Shown one piece after another: positions 28,597 to 39,552 of a DNA stretch of 64,000 nt. The notes beneath the pieces are model-generated. The model saw only the letters and a list, made by a program, of their open reading frames with translations, was not told the DNA's origin and did no database searches. A program made the translations under genes and the position numbers. This DNA comes from Candidatus Eiseniibacteriota bacterium (GTDB taxonomy: Bacteria > Eisenbacteria > RBG-16-71-46): assembly GCA_963717935.1 (NCBI GenBank), contig CAVQXP010000004.1:64001-128000 (forward strand). The letters are read 5' to 3'. How positions within the stretch are numbered: position 1 is the first letter of the stretch; each line of letters opens with the position of its first letter.

Positions 28597-30114
28597 GTGA
28601 GCCTCCGCGCCCGTCTGATCGCGGCCCTGCTGGCGCTCGCGCTCCTGCCGACCGCGGTCTTCACGCTCTTCACGCTGGTCGAGCTGGACCGCGCCACGCA
28701 GGGCTGGTTCCGCCCCGGCGTGGACCGTGCCCTCGAGTCGGCCCAGCAGGTGAGCCGCACCGCGCTCACGCGGATGGAGGCCACCGCGCTCTCCCAGGCC
28801 GCCGCCTGGGCCCGCGGGGCTCCTGCTGCGCGCCTCGACCCCGCCGCTCGCGCCCGCACGCGCGCGGGGCTGCGCGACGCGGGGCTCGACTTCCTGCAGA
28901 TCTACCGCCGCACCGACGGCCGCTGGGAACTGCTCGAACAGGTGCTGCCCGCGGGGGTGCTCGGGACCCGTGGCGCGGACTTCGGCGGCGAGCTGGACGC
29001 CGCGCTCGCCGGCGATTGCCTGGTGCGCTCGAGCCACGGCGCGCTCGCCGGCGTGGCCCCGCTGGACACCACCCACGCGCTCGCGGTGGGCATGTGGGTG
29101 CCGGCCGACTTCTTCGCCGACGTGGAGCGCGTGAGCGAGGGACGCGGCGCCTACAGCCAGCTCGGCGTGATGGTGGACGTGCAGCGCCCGCTCACCTGGC
29201 TGCTGGTCGCGGGGCTCGTGCTCCTGCTGGCGGCGCTCGCGCTGCTCCTCGCCCACGCGCTCGCGCGTCCCATCGCGCGGCCCCTCAGCGAACTGTCGGT
29301 CGCGTTGGACCGCGTGGCCGACGGAGACCTGCGGGTGCGGGTGGCGCCCCGCGGAGCGCGCGAGCTGCGAATGCTCGGCATGGCCTTCAACGCCATGACC
29401 GCGCGGCTCGAGGAAGCGCGGACGGCGATGGCCGAGGCGGAGCGCGAGGCGGCCTGGCGCGACGTGGCACGCAAGCTGGCGCACGAGTTCAAGAACATCC
29501 TCACGCCGCTGAAGCTCTCCCTGCAGCTGATCGAGGCGGAGCTCGAGGCCGCACCGGGCGCGCGGGCGGACACCGGCGTGAACCTCCAGGCCGCCCTCGG
29601 GGAGGTGGCCCAGCTGGCGCGGCTCGCGGACCAGTTCTCCCAGTACGCGCGCCTGCCCGAGCCGCACCTGGAACCGCTCGACCTGGCCCAGGTGGCCCGT
29701 TCGGCAGCGGGCCGTCCGATGTGCGAAGGTGTGAGTGTCGCCTGCGCACCCGGGGAGCCCGTGCCGGTGCGGGGCGACCGGGTTCTGCTGGCGCGCGCCG
29801 CGCACAACCTGGTGCTCAACGCGTGCGAGGCGAGCCCCGCGGGCGCGACGGTGGAGGTCGCTGCGCGGCGCGAGCACGGGCGCGCGGTGCTCGAAGTGCT
29901 GGACCGCGGCCCCGGCCTGCCGGCCGGGCTCGCCGACCGGCTGTTCGAGCCCTACGTGAGCACGAAGCGGCGCGGCAGCGGTCTGGGCCTCTCGCTGGTG
30001 CGCGACATCGCGCGGCAGCACGGCGGGACGGTGTCACTGGAGAACCGCGAGGGCGGTGGGGCATGCGCGCGGCTCGTGCTGCCGCCGGCGAAGGAGGGCG
30101 AAGTCCACCGATGA
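28597..30114 (+). CDS. HAMP sensor histidine kinase, NtrY-like
   Basis: Two TM segments, HAMP, AAWRDVARKLAHEFKNILTPLKLS (NtrY-type H-box) and G-boxes. Confidence 0.9.
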   Translation: MSLRARLIAALLALALLPTAVFTLFTLVELDRATQGWFRPGVDRALESAQQVSRTALTRMEATALSQAAAWARGAPAARLDPAARARTRAGLRDAGLDFLQIYRRTDGRWELLEQVLPAGVLGTRGADFGGELDAALAGDCLVRSSHGALAGVAPLDTTHALAVGMWVPADFFADVERVSEGRGAYSQLGVMVDVQRPLTWLLVAGLVLLLAALALLLAHALARPIARPLSELSVALDRVADGDLRVRVAPRGARELRMLGMAFNAMTARLEEARTAMAEAEREAAWRDVARKLAHEFKNILTPLKLSLQLIEAELEAAPGARADTGVNLQAALGEVAQLARLADQFSQYARLPEPHLEPLDLAQVARSAAGRPMCEGVSVACAPGEPVPVRGDRVLLARAAHNLVLNACEASPAGATVEVAARREHGRAVLEVLDRGPGLPAGLADRLFEPYVSTKRRGSGLGLSLVRDIARQHGGTVSLENREGGGACARLVLPPAKEGEVHR

Positions 30115-31457
30115 GCACGGAAGAGCGGCTGGAGATCCTGGTGGTGGACGACGATCCGGCCATCCGGAGCGCCCTGCGGCGGGCGCTCGAGGGCGCCGGG
30201 CACGTCGTGCAGGAGGCCGCGGACGCAGCCGAGGGCCTGGCCCGGCTGGATCCGCGGGCGACGGACGTCGTGCTGCTCGACATCAACCTGCCCGGGCTCG
30301 ACGGACTCGACGCGCTCGAGCGCTTCCGCGAGCAGGCCCCGGTCACGGCGGTCATCATGGTGACCGGCGAGGCGACGCTCGCCAACGCGATGCGGGCGGG
30401 CCAGCGTGGCGCCTACGATTTCATCGAGAAGCCGCCCGACCTGCCGCACCTGCTCGGGGTCGTGGCCGAGGCCGGACACGTCGCGCGGTTGCGCCGCCGG
30501 CCGGCCGCCCCGCCCGGCGAGCCCGAACTCGGCATCGTGGGGCGGAGCGCGGCCCTGCAGGCCGTGCTCGAACAGGCCCGCCGCATCGCGCCATCCCAGG
30601 GGCGCGTGCTCATCACCGGGGAGAGCGGCTCGGGCAAGGAGCTCTTCGCCTACCTGATCCACGCGCTCTCGAAGCGCGCGGACGGGCCGTTCGTGAAGCT
30701 CAATTGCGCGGCCATCCCGCGGGACCTCCTCGAGAGCGAGCTGTTCGGCTACGAGCGGGGCGCGTTCACCGGGGCCGTGGCGGGCAAGAAGGGCCGCCTC
30801 GAACTGGCCGACCGGGGCACGCTGTTCCTCGACGAGGTCGGCGACCTGTCGCTCGAGGCGCAGGCCAAGCTGCTGCGCGCCATCGAGACCGGTGAGGTCG
30901 AGCGCCTGGGTGGCACCAAGACCTCGCGCGTGGACGTGCGGATCGTGGCTGCCACGCACAAGGATCTCGCCACGGCCGTCCCCGAAGGCGAGTTCCGCGA
31001 GGATCTCTACTACCGCCTCAACGTGTTGCCGATCCACGTGCCGCCGCTGCGCGAGCGCCGCGGCGACCCGGTCCTGCTGGCCGGGCACTTCCTGGCGACG
31101 TTCTGCCACGCCGAGGAGAGGCCGCCGAAACGGCTGAGCCCCGAGGTGCAGCAGGTGCTGGAGGACTACCACTGGCCGGGGAACGTGCGCGAACTGCGCA
31201 ATCTCATGGAGCGCGCCGTCGTCCTCGTGCCGGGCGAGGAGATCCGCGCCGAGGATCTGCTGCCCTGGCTCGAGAGCGCGTCCAGCCGCGAGGAGACGGC
31301 GGGGCTGCGCGGCGAGATCGAGCGGCGCGAGGCCGACGCCATCCGCAAGGCCCTGGAGAACGCGGGCTGGAACGTGACGCAGGCCGCGGCGAGCCTCGGG
31401 ATCGACCGCACGAACCTGCACCGCAAGATGCGCAAGTACGGCATCAGCCGCCGCTGA
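30111..31457 (+). CDS. sigma-54-dependent response regulator, NtrX-like
   Basis: Start MSTEERLEILVVDDD overlaps the kinase stop; GESGSGKE, GAFTGA and HTH IDRTNLHRKM. Confidence 0.93.
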   Translation: MSTEERLEILVVDDDPAIRSALRRALEGAGHVVQEAADAAEGLARLDPRATDVVLLDINLPGLDGLDALERFREQAPVTAVIMVTGEATLANAMRAGQRGAYDFIEKPPDLPHLLGVVAEAGHVARLRRRPAAPPGEPELGIVGRSAALQAVLEQARRIAPSQGRVLITGESGSGKELFAYLIHALSKRADGPFVKLNCAAIPRDLLESELFGYERGAFTGAVAGKKGRLELADRGTLFLDEVGDLSLEAQAKLLRAIETGEVERLGGTKTSRVDVRIVAATHKDLATAVPEGEFREDLYYRLNVLPIHVPPLRERRGDPVLLAGHFLATFCHAEERPPKRLSPEVQQVLEDYHWPGNVRELRNLMERAVVLVPGEEIRAEDLLPWLESASSREETAGLRGEIERREADAIRKALENAGWNVTQAAASLGIDRTNLHRKMRKYGISRR

Positions 31458-31596
31458 TGCGCCCCGCGCGCGTGAGCGGGGCCGGGACGTGGCGCGATGG
31501 CGCGCGCGTGTCGCGCGAACGCCACACCGCGCCCGCCGGCAGCCGCGACCGGCGTCCCGGGCACCGCGCCCATCGCGCGCCGGCGTGGGCGGTCGG

Positions 31597-31611
31597 TGGT
31601 ATGGGGTTTGC
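31597..31611 (+). promoter_or_regulatory. sigma-54 promoter
   Basis: TGGTATGGGGTTTGC (GG-N10-GC), 40 nt upstream of a GTG start with GGAGGT RBS. Confidence 0.6.
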
Positions 31612-31650
31612 GAAGGGCGTGGAGCGCTCCCACCCTGCTCCGGAGGTGAC

Positions 31651-32958
31651 GTGAGACCCATCATCCCCACCCTGCTGCTGGCGGTCCTGGCCCTGACCGG
31701 CGGGCACCCGACCCGCGCCGCCGAGCCCGACACGCTCGGGGCACCCCCACCCGGACTGCTCGAATTCGCTCCCCTCGCCCCCGAGCCCGATTCCGCGGAC
31801 ATCCCCTGCAACCCGGACGCCGGGCTGGTGCGCGAGGCCGAGTGGCTCAGCGCCCCCTTCGGCGAGCGGCTGCTCACCGAGCCCGAGGCGTGGCGCACGT
31901 GGCACGGCCACAACGGGCGCCTCAAGCCGATCGCCGACTACAACCGCGTGGACCTGCTCCGGATCGGCTTCGCCGGCGAGGCGCAGGACCCGTCCACCAT
32001 GGCTCCGCGCATCGGCGGCCGGTTCGAGTACGCCACGGGACGACGGCGCGCGCTCTACGGCGTGCAGCTCGAGCAGCCGCTGCTGCCCCCCGGCCGGCTG
32101 GCCTTCGGCGTCTCGATGTCGCGCCGCACCGACCACAGCGAGTTGCAGCAGGTGGACGACGTCGAGAACAGTCTGGCGCTGCTGTTCGCCCGCCAGGACT
32201 ACCGCGACTACTTCGAGCGCGAGGGCTTCGGCGCCCATCTGGCCTGGCGCGTCCCCGACTTCTCGGTCGTCAGCCTGCACGCGCGCAACGACACCTACCG
32301 TTCGCTCGTGCTCCAGGGCGGCACGCGCTCGATCTTCGAGCGCGACCGCGTGCTGCGCGACAACCCGCCGGTGGACGAGGGCGACATCCACGCCGTGCTG
32401 CTGCGGCTGGAGCGCCAGACCCGGCGCACGGCGCGCACACGCGCCGGTCTCTATCACTGGATCGAGCTCGAGCGCGCCGGCCACGGGATGGGCGGTGACT
32501 TCGAGTACACGCGTGCGCTGGCCGACCTGCGCGGCGTACTGCGGCTCTCACCGACCGCCACGCTGGCCCTGCGCGCCGTGGGCGGGACCACGATCACCGG
32601 CGGGCTGCCGGCACAGAAGGAGTTCACCACCGGTGGCGTGGACGGGCTGCGCGCGCACGCCTTCGCGCAGTACCGCGGCAACCAGCTGCTGCTGGCGCAG
32701 GCCGAGTACACGACCGCGCTGTGGCGCGTGCGGCCGAGCGGGTTCGACGCGGGGCTGCACGCGATCGCGTTCGTGGACGCCGGCCGGGCCTGGGACGACG
32801 CGGAGCACGCGTGGGAGCCCGACCGGCAGCATCTGCAGGTGGACGGCGGCTTCGGGCTGGCCACCGCGGAGGACAACCTGCGGGTGTACGTGGCCCGCAG
32901 CCTGCAGCGGCCGCGCTCGGGCGCGGTCTTCAGCGTGCGGCTCCAGCGGCCCTTCTGA
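31651..32958 (+). CDS. BamA/TamA (Omp85-like) beta-barrel outer-membrane protein
   Basis: Signal peptide, YNRVD, GGVDGLRAH (similar to the Omp85 RGY loop), FVDAGRAW and C-terminal Phe. Confidence 0.7.
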   Translation: MRPIIPTLLLAVLALTGGHPTRAAEPDTLGAPPPGLLEFAPLAPEPDSADIPCNPDAGLVREAEWLSAPFGERLLTEPEAWRTWHGHNGRLKPIADYNRVDLLRIGFAGEAQDPSTMAPRIGGRFEYATGRRRALYGVQLEQPLLPPGRLAFGVSMSRRTDHSELQQVDDVENSLALLFARQDYRDYFEREGFGAHLAWRVPDFSVVSLHARNDTYRSLVLQGGTRSIFERDRVLRDNPPVDEGDIHAVLLRLERQTRRTARTRAGLYHWIELERAGHGMGGDFEYTRALADLRGVLRLSPTATLALRAVGGTTITGGLPAQKEFTTGGVDGLRAHAFAQYRGNQLLLAQAEYTTALWRVRPSGFDAGLHAIAFVDAGRAWDDAEHAWEPDRQHLQVDGGFGLATAEDNLRVYVARSLQRPRSGAVFSVRLQRPF

Positions 32959-32970
32959 CCCGGTCCCCTC

Positions 32971-33675
32971 GTGCGCTCCCCGCTCCCCGCCCGCTCCTCC
33001 GGTCCATCGCGTCCCCCCCGGCAGGCCCAGGCCGTGGCGCGCACCGCACTCCTGCTCCTGCTGGCGCTGGCGCCACCCGCGCGGGCGCTCGAGATCACGG
33101 CCCAACCGCCCCGCGAGCGGAGCGGCTATCTGTGGGTGGACATCCAGCTCGGTGACCTGTTCGAGCCGCGCGTCGAGGGCAGCCTCGCGCGCGGCATGCC
33201 GGCGACGCTCACGCTGCACGCCGAGCTATGGCGGCGGCGCGTTGGCTGGTTCGATGGTCTCGAAAGCGTCTTCGATGCCGAGTTGCGCCTGCGCTACGAC
33301 TTCCGCAGCGCCGCCTACCGCCTCGAGCGCACCGGCGCCCGGCCGCTCGTCGTGCCCGGACTGGACTCGGTGCGCGCCGTGCTCTTGCGCCCCCTGCCCC
33401 TCCCGGTCGGGCGCGTCGGTCCGCTGCTGGCGGGCCAGCGCTACTACGTCGTGGTGTCCGCAACGCTCAAGCCCCTGAGCGTGGAGGATGCGGCGGAGGT
33501 CGAGGGCTGGCTGTCGGGCGAGGTCGGAGGCGGACGCAACGAGCCCTTCGGCCTGCTCACCGGCCTGCCCCGCTCGCTGTTCGACGCAGCGCGCAACTTC
33601 GCCGGCTTCGGCGACGAGCACGCGCGCGCCATCACGGAGGAATTCGGGCTGCGGGATCTCTTCGGCGCGCGGTAG
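32971..33675 (+). CDS. DUF4390-like secreted protein (start may be 33034)
   Basis: Signal peptide; SLARGMPATL..ELWRRR.GWFD..LRYD..YRL pattern typical of DUF4390. Confidence 0.65.
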   Translation: MRSPLPARSSGPSRPPRQAQAVARTALLLLLALAPPARALEITAQPPRERSGYLWVDIQLGDLFEPRVEGSLARGMPATLTLHAELWRRRVGWFDGLESVFDAELRLRYDFRSAAYRLERTGARPLVVPGLDSVRAVLLRPLPLPVGRVGPLLAGQRYYVVVSATLKPLSVEDAAEVEGWLSGEVGGGRNEPFGLLTGLPRSLFDAARNFAGFGDEHARAITEEFGLRDLFGAR

Positions 33676-33713
33676 CCACGGCCCGGCACGGCATCAGGCC
33701 GCGCGGAGGAAGG

Positions 33714-34733
33714 TCAGGGCAGCAGGGTCACGCGCGCGCTGGCGCTGCCGTCGCGCACCCGGGCGAAGACCACACCGGGGCCGGCGCGGCGGCCGGACTC
33801 GTCCCGGCCGTTCCAGCTCCAGCGCTGCCAGCCGGCGCCGACCTCGGGCGCGACCGTCGCCAGACGGCGGCCCGCAAGGTCGAACAGGTCGAGCGCCACC
33901 GCCGCCGAGCCCTTCCGCGAGAAGACCACCGCACCGCGCGCCGGATTGGGACGCGCGCCGAGCGTGACGGCCAGCGGCGCTCCGGAGAGCGAGAACAGGA
34001 AGTCCGCCAGGCCCTCGACCTGCGCGGGCGGCGTGAGCGCGGCGTTCTCGATGCTCCCGGTCGAATTGGCGAGCGCGCCACCGAACAGCGCGCGGAAGTC
34101 CTCGGCGAAGATCTCGTGCGGCCGGTCGGCGTGCACCGGGCTCTGGGAGGAGTAGACACTGAAATCGGTGATGCCACGCAGCGCGCGGTAGCGGTCCCAC
34201 GACGCGACATCCAGGTCGGGCAGGCGCGCGTACTGGACGACGTGGCCGAGTTCGTGGTCGAACTCCGCGTGCTGCTGCTCGCGCGGCACCGGGTAGACAC
34301 CTGGCGAGAGCAGGATGAGCCCGGGCCCCGCCGCCGAGGTCAGGCCGGCGCGCCGCGGGTAGGGCAGGATGAAGACGTCGGCCGCCACGTCGTCGAGCCG
34401 GTAGCGCACCGCGGCCAGCGCGGCGCTCACCTCGTCGGCGTCGAAGGCGTGGAAGGACCCGTCGCCGGGGTTCGTGATGGCGGGGTCCTCGGTGGAGGTG
34501 ACCAGTTCGAAGCTCATCCCACCGGGCAGCACGAGCCAGAGTCCGCCTTCCGCGTCCGGGCGGCACCAGTCACGCAGGGTCTCCTGGGCATCGTGGATGA
34601 CGATGTGGCTCGAGGTCGGCGCGCCGCTGGTCGCCAGTTCGTTGGCGAGGGCCGGCGCGGCGAGCAGGACGGCGAGCAGGCCCGCAAGGGCGGCCTGGCG
34701 TGCGACGAGGCGAGTGCGGAGGATGGGCTCCAT
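33714..34733 (-). CDS. secreted zincin-like metallopeptidase with FlgD/T9SS-type C-terminal domain
   Basis: Signal peptide, HELGH plus downstream EIFAE, and C-terminal PNP..LDLFDLAGR..WNGRD.SG..GVVFARV. Confidence 0.65.
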   Translation of the reverse strand: MEPILRTRLVARQAALAGLLAVLLAAPALANELATSGAPTSSHIVIHDAQETLRDWCRPDAEGGLWLVLPGGMSFELVTSTEDPAITNPGDGSFHAFDADEVSAALAAVRYRLDDVAADVFILPYPRRAGLTSAAGPGLILLSPGVYPVPREQQHAEFDHELGHVVQYARLPDLDVASWDRYRALRGITDFSVYSSQSPVHADRPHEIFAEDFRALFGGALANSTGSIENAALTPPAQVEGLADFLFSLSGAPLAVTLGARPNPARGAVVFSRKGSAAVALDLFDLAGRRLATVAPEVGAGWQRWSWNGRDESGRRAGPGVVFARVRDGSASARVTLLP

Positions 34734-34747
34734 GCCGGAGCTTTAAC

Positions 34748-34762
34748 GCCACAAACATGCCA
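34748..34762 (-). promoter_or_regulatory. sigma-54-like promoter (would give a nearly leaderless mRNA)
   Basis: Minus strand TGGCATGTTTGTGGC (GG-N10-GC); no RBS before the ATG at 34733. Confidence 0.5.
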
Positions 34763-35068
34763 TCCACGGGGCCCTCGCGCGGCACCGGTCGAGCGGCGCG
34801 GTGGCTCTGGCAACTCGATGTCGTGGAGGTGCTTGCGGGGGAAGCTTCCGGGCCGGCCGGGCGGCGGCGCGGCGCGGTTTCCACCGCACAGGGGCGCGGA
34901 GCGGGGAATAGCACCCAGGGGATCACAGGCCATGGGGGGAAACCCACTCCGGGGTGCTCGTCTCGGGGGGGGCGGGCTCCGGGAGGTGCGGAGGACGGCC
35001 AATTACCCACACGCTCGCCCTCCACACCTCCGGAGCCCGCCCTGAGCGGAGCGCCGAAGCGCGGGGGG

Positions 35069-36232
35069 CTAGACGGCGGAGGGGGCGGCGGCGGCGGCCG
35101 GGGACGCGGGCTGCGTGGGACGCGAGCCCACGCGCGAGAGGATCAGAGCGCCGGTCCCGATGATCGAGAGCCCCACGATCAGCAGCACCCCCAGCAGGGT
35201 GAAGAAGAGCGAGAGCGTGCGCGGCAACCCCTCGGGCACGGCAAGCGCCGCGCCCAGCCCGAAGCACAGGGCGACCAGGAGCGTGCCCACGAGGATCGGA
35301 CCCATCAGCCCGCCCTCACCCGGCCGGCGGCGCAGGATCTTGCAGCCCAGCACGTAGCTCCCGGCGACCTGGCCGGCCCAGATGGCCAGCAGGTAGACGA
35401 ACGGCAGCAGCAGCGCGAACGGGATGCCGACCACGGTGATGAAGAGCAGCGCGAGCGCGATCACGAAGAGCGGCGCCGAGAGCAAGCCGAGGAAGAACGA
35501 GCCCGCGCTGTGGCGCGAGGCCGTGCTCCCGATCTGCAGCATGCGCTCGGAGAACAGCAGGGTGAGCAACCAGCCCAGGATCAGCGTGACCAGCCAGCCC
35601 AGGAACACGACCGTGAGCAGCGTGGCCAGCGTCGGCACGCCCCAGCCAGGCGACAGGATGCCGACTGCCACGCTCTGGCCGCTCACGTACGCGTCCGGAG
35701 GCTGGTCGAGCACGCCGCCGATCGCGATGGCATCGCCCTCCACGTTCGCCCCGGCACGCAGGCGCACCGAGCCGAACACGGCCACCACGTCCCCCTCGAC
35801 CGTACCTTCCACATCCACCGAGCCGAACACGGCCACGACGTCCCCGGGGATGGTCTGCCCGGCGGGCACGTGGGCATCGGCGAACAACCGCACCAGCCCG
35901 GCGTCGCCGGTGTTCACGATGATGGAGGTTCCGCTCCCGGAACCGTCTCCGCCGACGACCACGCTCTCGCCTTCTCCGCTCTCCAGGGTCTCGACGGTCA
36001 ACCCGTGCCGGCCCACCTTGAGCACACCCGCGGGGCTCCTGTGGCTACGCGTCTCCCAGCGGCTCGTGCTGTCTCCGGGGCCGGAGCGTTCGATCTGGAT
36101 GCCCGCGGGCCCGATGCGCACGTGACGCACCACCCGCCCGCTGTCGCTGGCGGCCAGTGCCAGAGCGGGCGCCAGGACCAGGGCGATCGCCAGCAGAACG
36201 CCGGTCGCCGCGCCCCGGGCGCGTCCACTCAC
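35069..36232 (-). CDS. membrane protein with bactofilin/polymer-forming-like beta-repeats
   Basis: Repeated GDVVAVFGSV motifs followed by several TM helices; GTG start with RBS; third gene of the ECF operon. Confidence 0.7.
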   Translation of the reverse strand: MSGRARGAATGVLLAIALVLAPALALAASDSGRVVRHVRIGPAGIQIERSGPGDSTSRWETRSHRSPAGVLKVGRHGLTVETLESGEGESVVVGGDGSGSGTSIIVNTGDAGLVRLFADAHVPAGQTIPGDVVAVFGSVDVEGTVEGDVVAVFGSVRLRAGANVEGDAIAIGGVLDQPPDAYVSGQSVAVGILSPGWGVPTLATLLTVVFLGWLVTLILGWLLTLLFSERMLQIGSTASRHSAGSFFLGLLSAPLFVIALALLFITVVGIPFALLLPFVYLLAIWAGQVAGSYVLGCKILRRRPGEGGLMGPILVGTLLVALCFGLGAALAVPEGLPRTLSLFFTLLGVLLIVGLSIIGTGALILSRVGSRPTQPASPAAAAAPSAV

Positions 36233-36248
36233 CCGCCCACTCCTCACC

Positions 36249-36872
36249 TCAGAACCCCAGGACGCTGACATGACGTACCTCCCGCGCCGCGGCGCCCGCC
36301 CGCGGCCGCATCCACCACAGCAGGGCCGCGCAGACCGCGGCCGCCGACCAGATCGTGAAGGCGATGCTCGGCTCCGTGAGTACGGCACCCAGCGCCCGCG
36401 ACAGCGGTGCGAAGCGCTCGCCGACCACGTGGAGCAGGCTCCAGCCGTCCGCGAGACGCACCGCGGAGGCCCCGAGCATGTTCAGCACGAAGAGCCCCAC
36501 GCCCAGCAACCGCTGCGACAGTTGGCCCGAGAGCGTCACGATCAGTGCGTTCCCCCCGGGCTGGAACGCCCACAGCGCGGCGACCCCGACGCAGGCGGCC
36601 AGCGCCCCCGCATAGCCCCAGCCCAGCGCCACGAGCCGGCGGTGCCGCGCGCGCGACGGCAGCACCCGATCGAGGATCCGCCCGGTGAGCTCGGGCCGCG
36701 GCGCCAGGAGTGGCGCGACCTCGAGCGTGCCGATGAGACTCTGGAACGACGCCACCTCGGCGGCGCAGTCCCGGCAGCCCGCCAGATGCGCGCGGAAGGC
36801 CATGGCTTCCCCGGGCGGCAGCTCGCCGTCCAGGAAATCCTGGATGCGGACGTTCTCACGACAGGGCGTCAT
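36249..36872 (-). CDS. zinc-binding anti-sigma factor (zf-HC2, RsiW-like)
   Basis: MTPC..FLDGEL..AHLAGCRDC followed by TM helices; fused in frame to the sigma factor in this sequence. Confidence 0.8.
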   Translation of the reverse strand: MTPCRENVRIQDFLDGELPPGEAMAFRAHLAGCRDCAAEVASFQSLIGTLEVAPLLAPRPELTGRILDRVLPSRARHRRLVALGWGYAGALAACVGVAALWAFQPGGNALIVTLSGQLSQRLLGVGLFVLNMLGASAVRLADGWSLLHVVGERFAPLSRALGAVLTEPSIAFTIWSAAAVCAALLWWMRPRAGAAAREVRHVSVLGF

Positions 36873-37436
36873 GACCCGCTCTCCAGTCGTCTCCTTCAGC
36901 AGGGCGCGCGCCCGGTGGATGCGCGCCTTCACGGTGCCGAGCGGCAACCGCAGCGCTTCGGAGATCTCCTCGTACGAAAGCCCCTGCTGGTGCCTCAGCA
37001 CCACGACGATGCGGTAGTGTTCGGGCAGCGCCCCGATCAGCCGGTCGACGCCCCGCTGCTCCTCCCGCTGTTCGGCCAGTTCTTCGGGCCCCGGCCCGGG
37101 ATCCGCAAACTCGACGATGCGCTCCTCCCCGGAGTCCGGTTCGCTGCGGAAGAACGGGACCGTCTTCACCCGGCGCCGGCGCAGCTGGTCGATGCTCAGG
37201 CGCGCGGCGATGGTGAGCAGCCAGGCCGGGAAGGGCCGGGAGGGGTCGTAGCGGTCGAGGGCCTTGAACATGCGGACGAACGTCTCCTGGGTGAGGTCTT
37301 CGGCATCCTCGGCCACGCGCACCATCCTCATGGCCACCGAATAGACCTGCCTCTCGTAGCGCTCGATCAGCTCGCGGTAGGCTCGCTCGTCCCCGGCCAG
37401 GCATTGCCTGACCAGTTCGGGATCGCTGAGGCTCAC
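36869..37436 (-). CDS. ECF RNA polymerase sigma factor (SigW/SigE-like)
   Basis: DAEDLTQETF, WLLTIAAR and LSYEEISEAL.LPLGTVKARIHRAR. Confidence 0.9.
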
Positions 37437-37457
37437 CGGCCGACCTTCAACTCCGCC

Positions 37458-37484
37458 TACGGGCGGCGGGCGGGGAAGGTTTCA
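37458..37484 (-). promoter_or_regulatory. ECF (SigW-type) autoregulatory promoter
   Basis: Minus strand TGAAAC-N17-CGTA immediately upstream of the sigma gene. Confidence 0.65.
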
Positions 37485-37584
37485 TGGCTGCGGACATTAG
37501 GCGTCCGGTTCGGTGATGGTCAAGGACCTGCGGGACTTCGAGTTGGCCAGCGGACCGCTTGACGGCCGCCAGAGCCGAACGTAG

Positions 37585-38919
<1,335 letters not shown>

Positions 38920-39080
38920 CGCGGAACGCATCGCGGATACATCTTGTGGGGTGCGGTCGGACGCAGCGAGCGTCCGGCCCGCCCTGACCGGCTGGTGCAG
39001 CAGTCGCAGGCTCGGCACTCGCAAGGATGCGAGACCCCGGCCCCCCCGGACCGGGGACGATCGAGGAGGACAGGGACGTC

Positions 39081-39437
39081 ATGCGCGACATCGGCACCCG
39101 CATCCAGCGCTACCGCCTCTCCCGCTACGCCCCGCCCGAGGACCGCGTGCGCCGCAACCTGCGCTGGGCCTGGCTCGCCGGCGCGCTCTGGCTCGTCTGG
39201 GTCGGGTTCGTGAGCGAGCACAACCTCATGCGGCTCCGGCAGCTCTCCCGCGAGTGCCAGCGCTCGGAGGCCACGTTGCAGCGGCTCAACAGCGAGATCG
39301 CCCGCCTGGACGCTCAGCAGCGCGATCCGGCGGCCCAGCGCTCCCTGGCCGAACACGCCCTGCGCGAGAAATCGGGCATGGCCAAGCCCGACGAGATCAT
39401 CTACCAGATCCGGCCCGGCGGCCCGGGGAAGCACTGA
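39081..39437 (+). CDS. ftsB: septum formation initiator FtsB/DivIC family
   Basis: One TM segment, coiled coil and LREKSGMAKPDEIIY; canonical position after eno. Confidence 0.8.
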   Translation: MRDIGTRIQRYRLSRYAPPEDRVRRNLRWAWLAGALWLVWVGFVSEHNLMRLRQLSRECQRSEATLQRLNSEIARLDAQQRDPAAQRSLAEHALREKSGMAKPDEIIYQIRPGGPGKH

Positions 39438-39552
39438 AAGGACGCGGTCCCCGCGAAGCGGGGGCCATCAGGCTCGCTGCCGGACGGAACAGCGAAGCGG
39501 CACGGGCACGGCCCGCGCCGCTTCGCTCTCCGCAGTCCGCAGGAGAGCCCGA

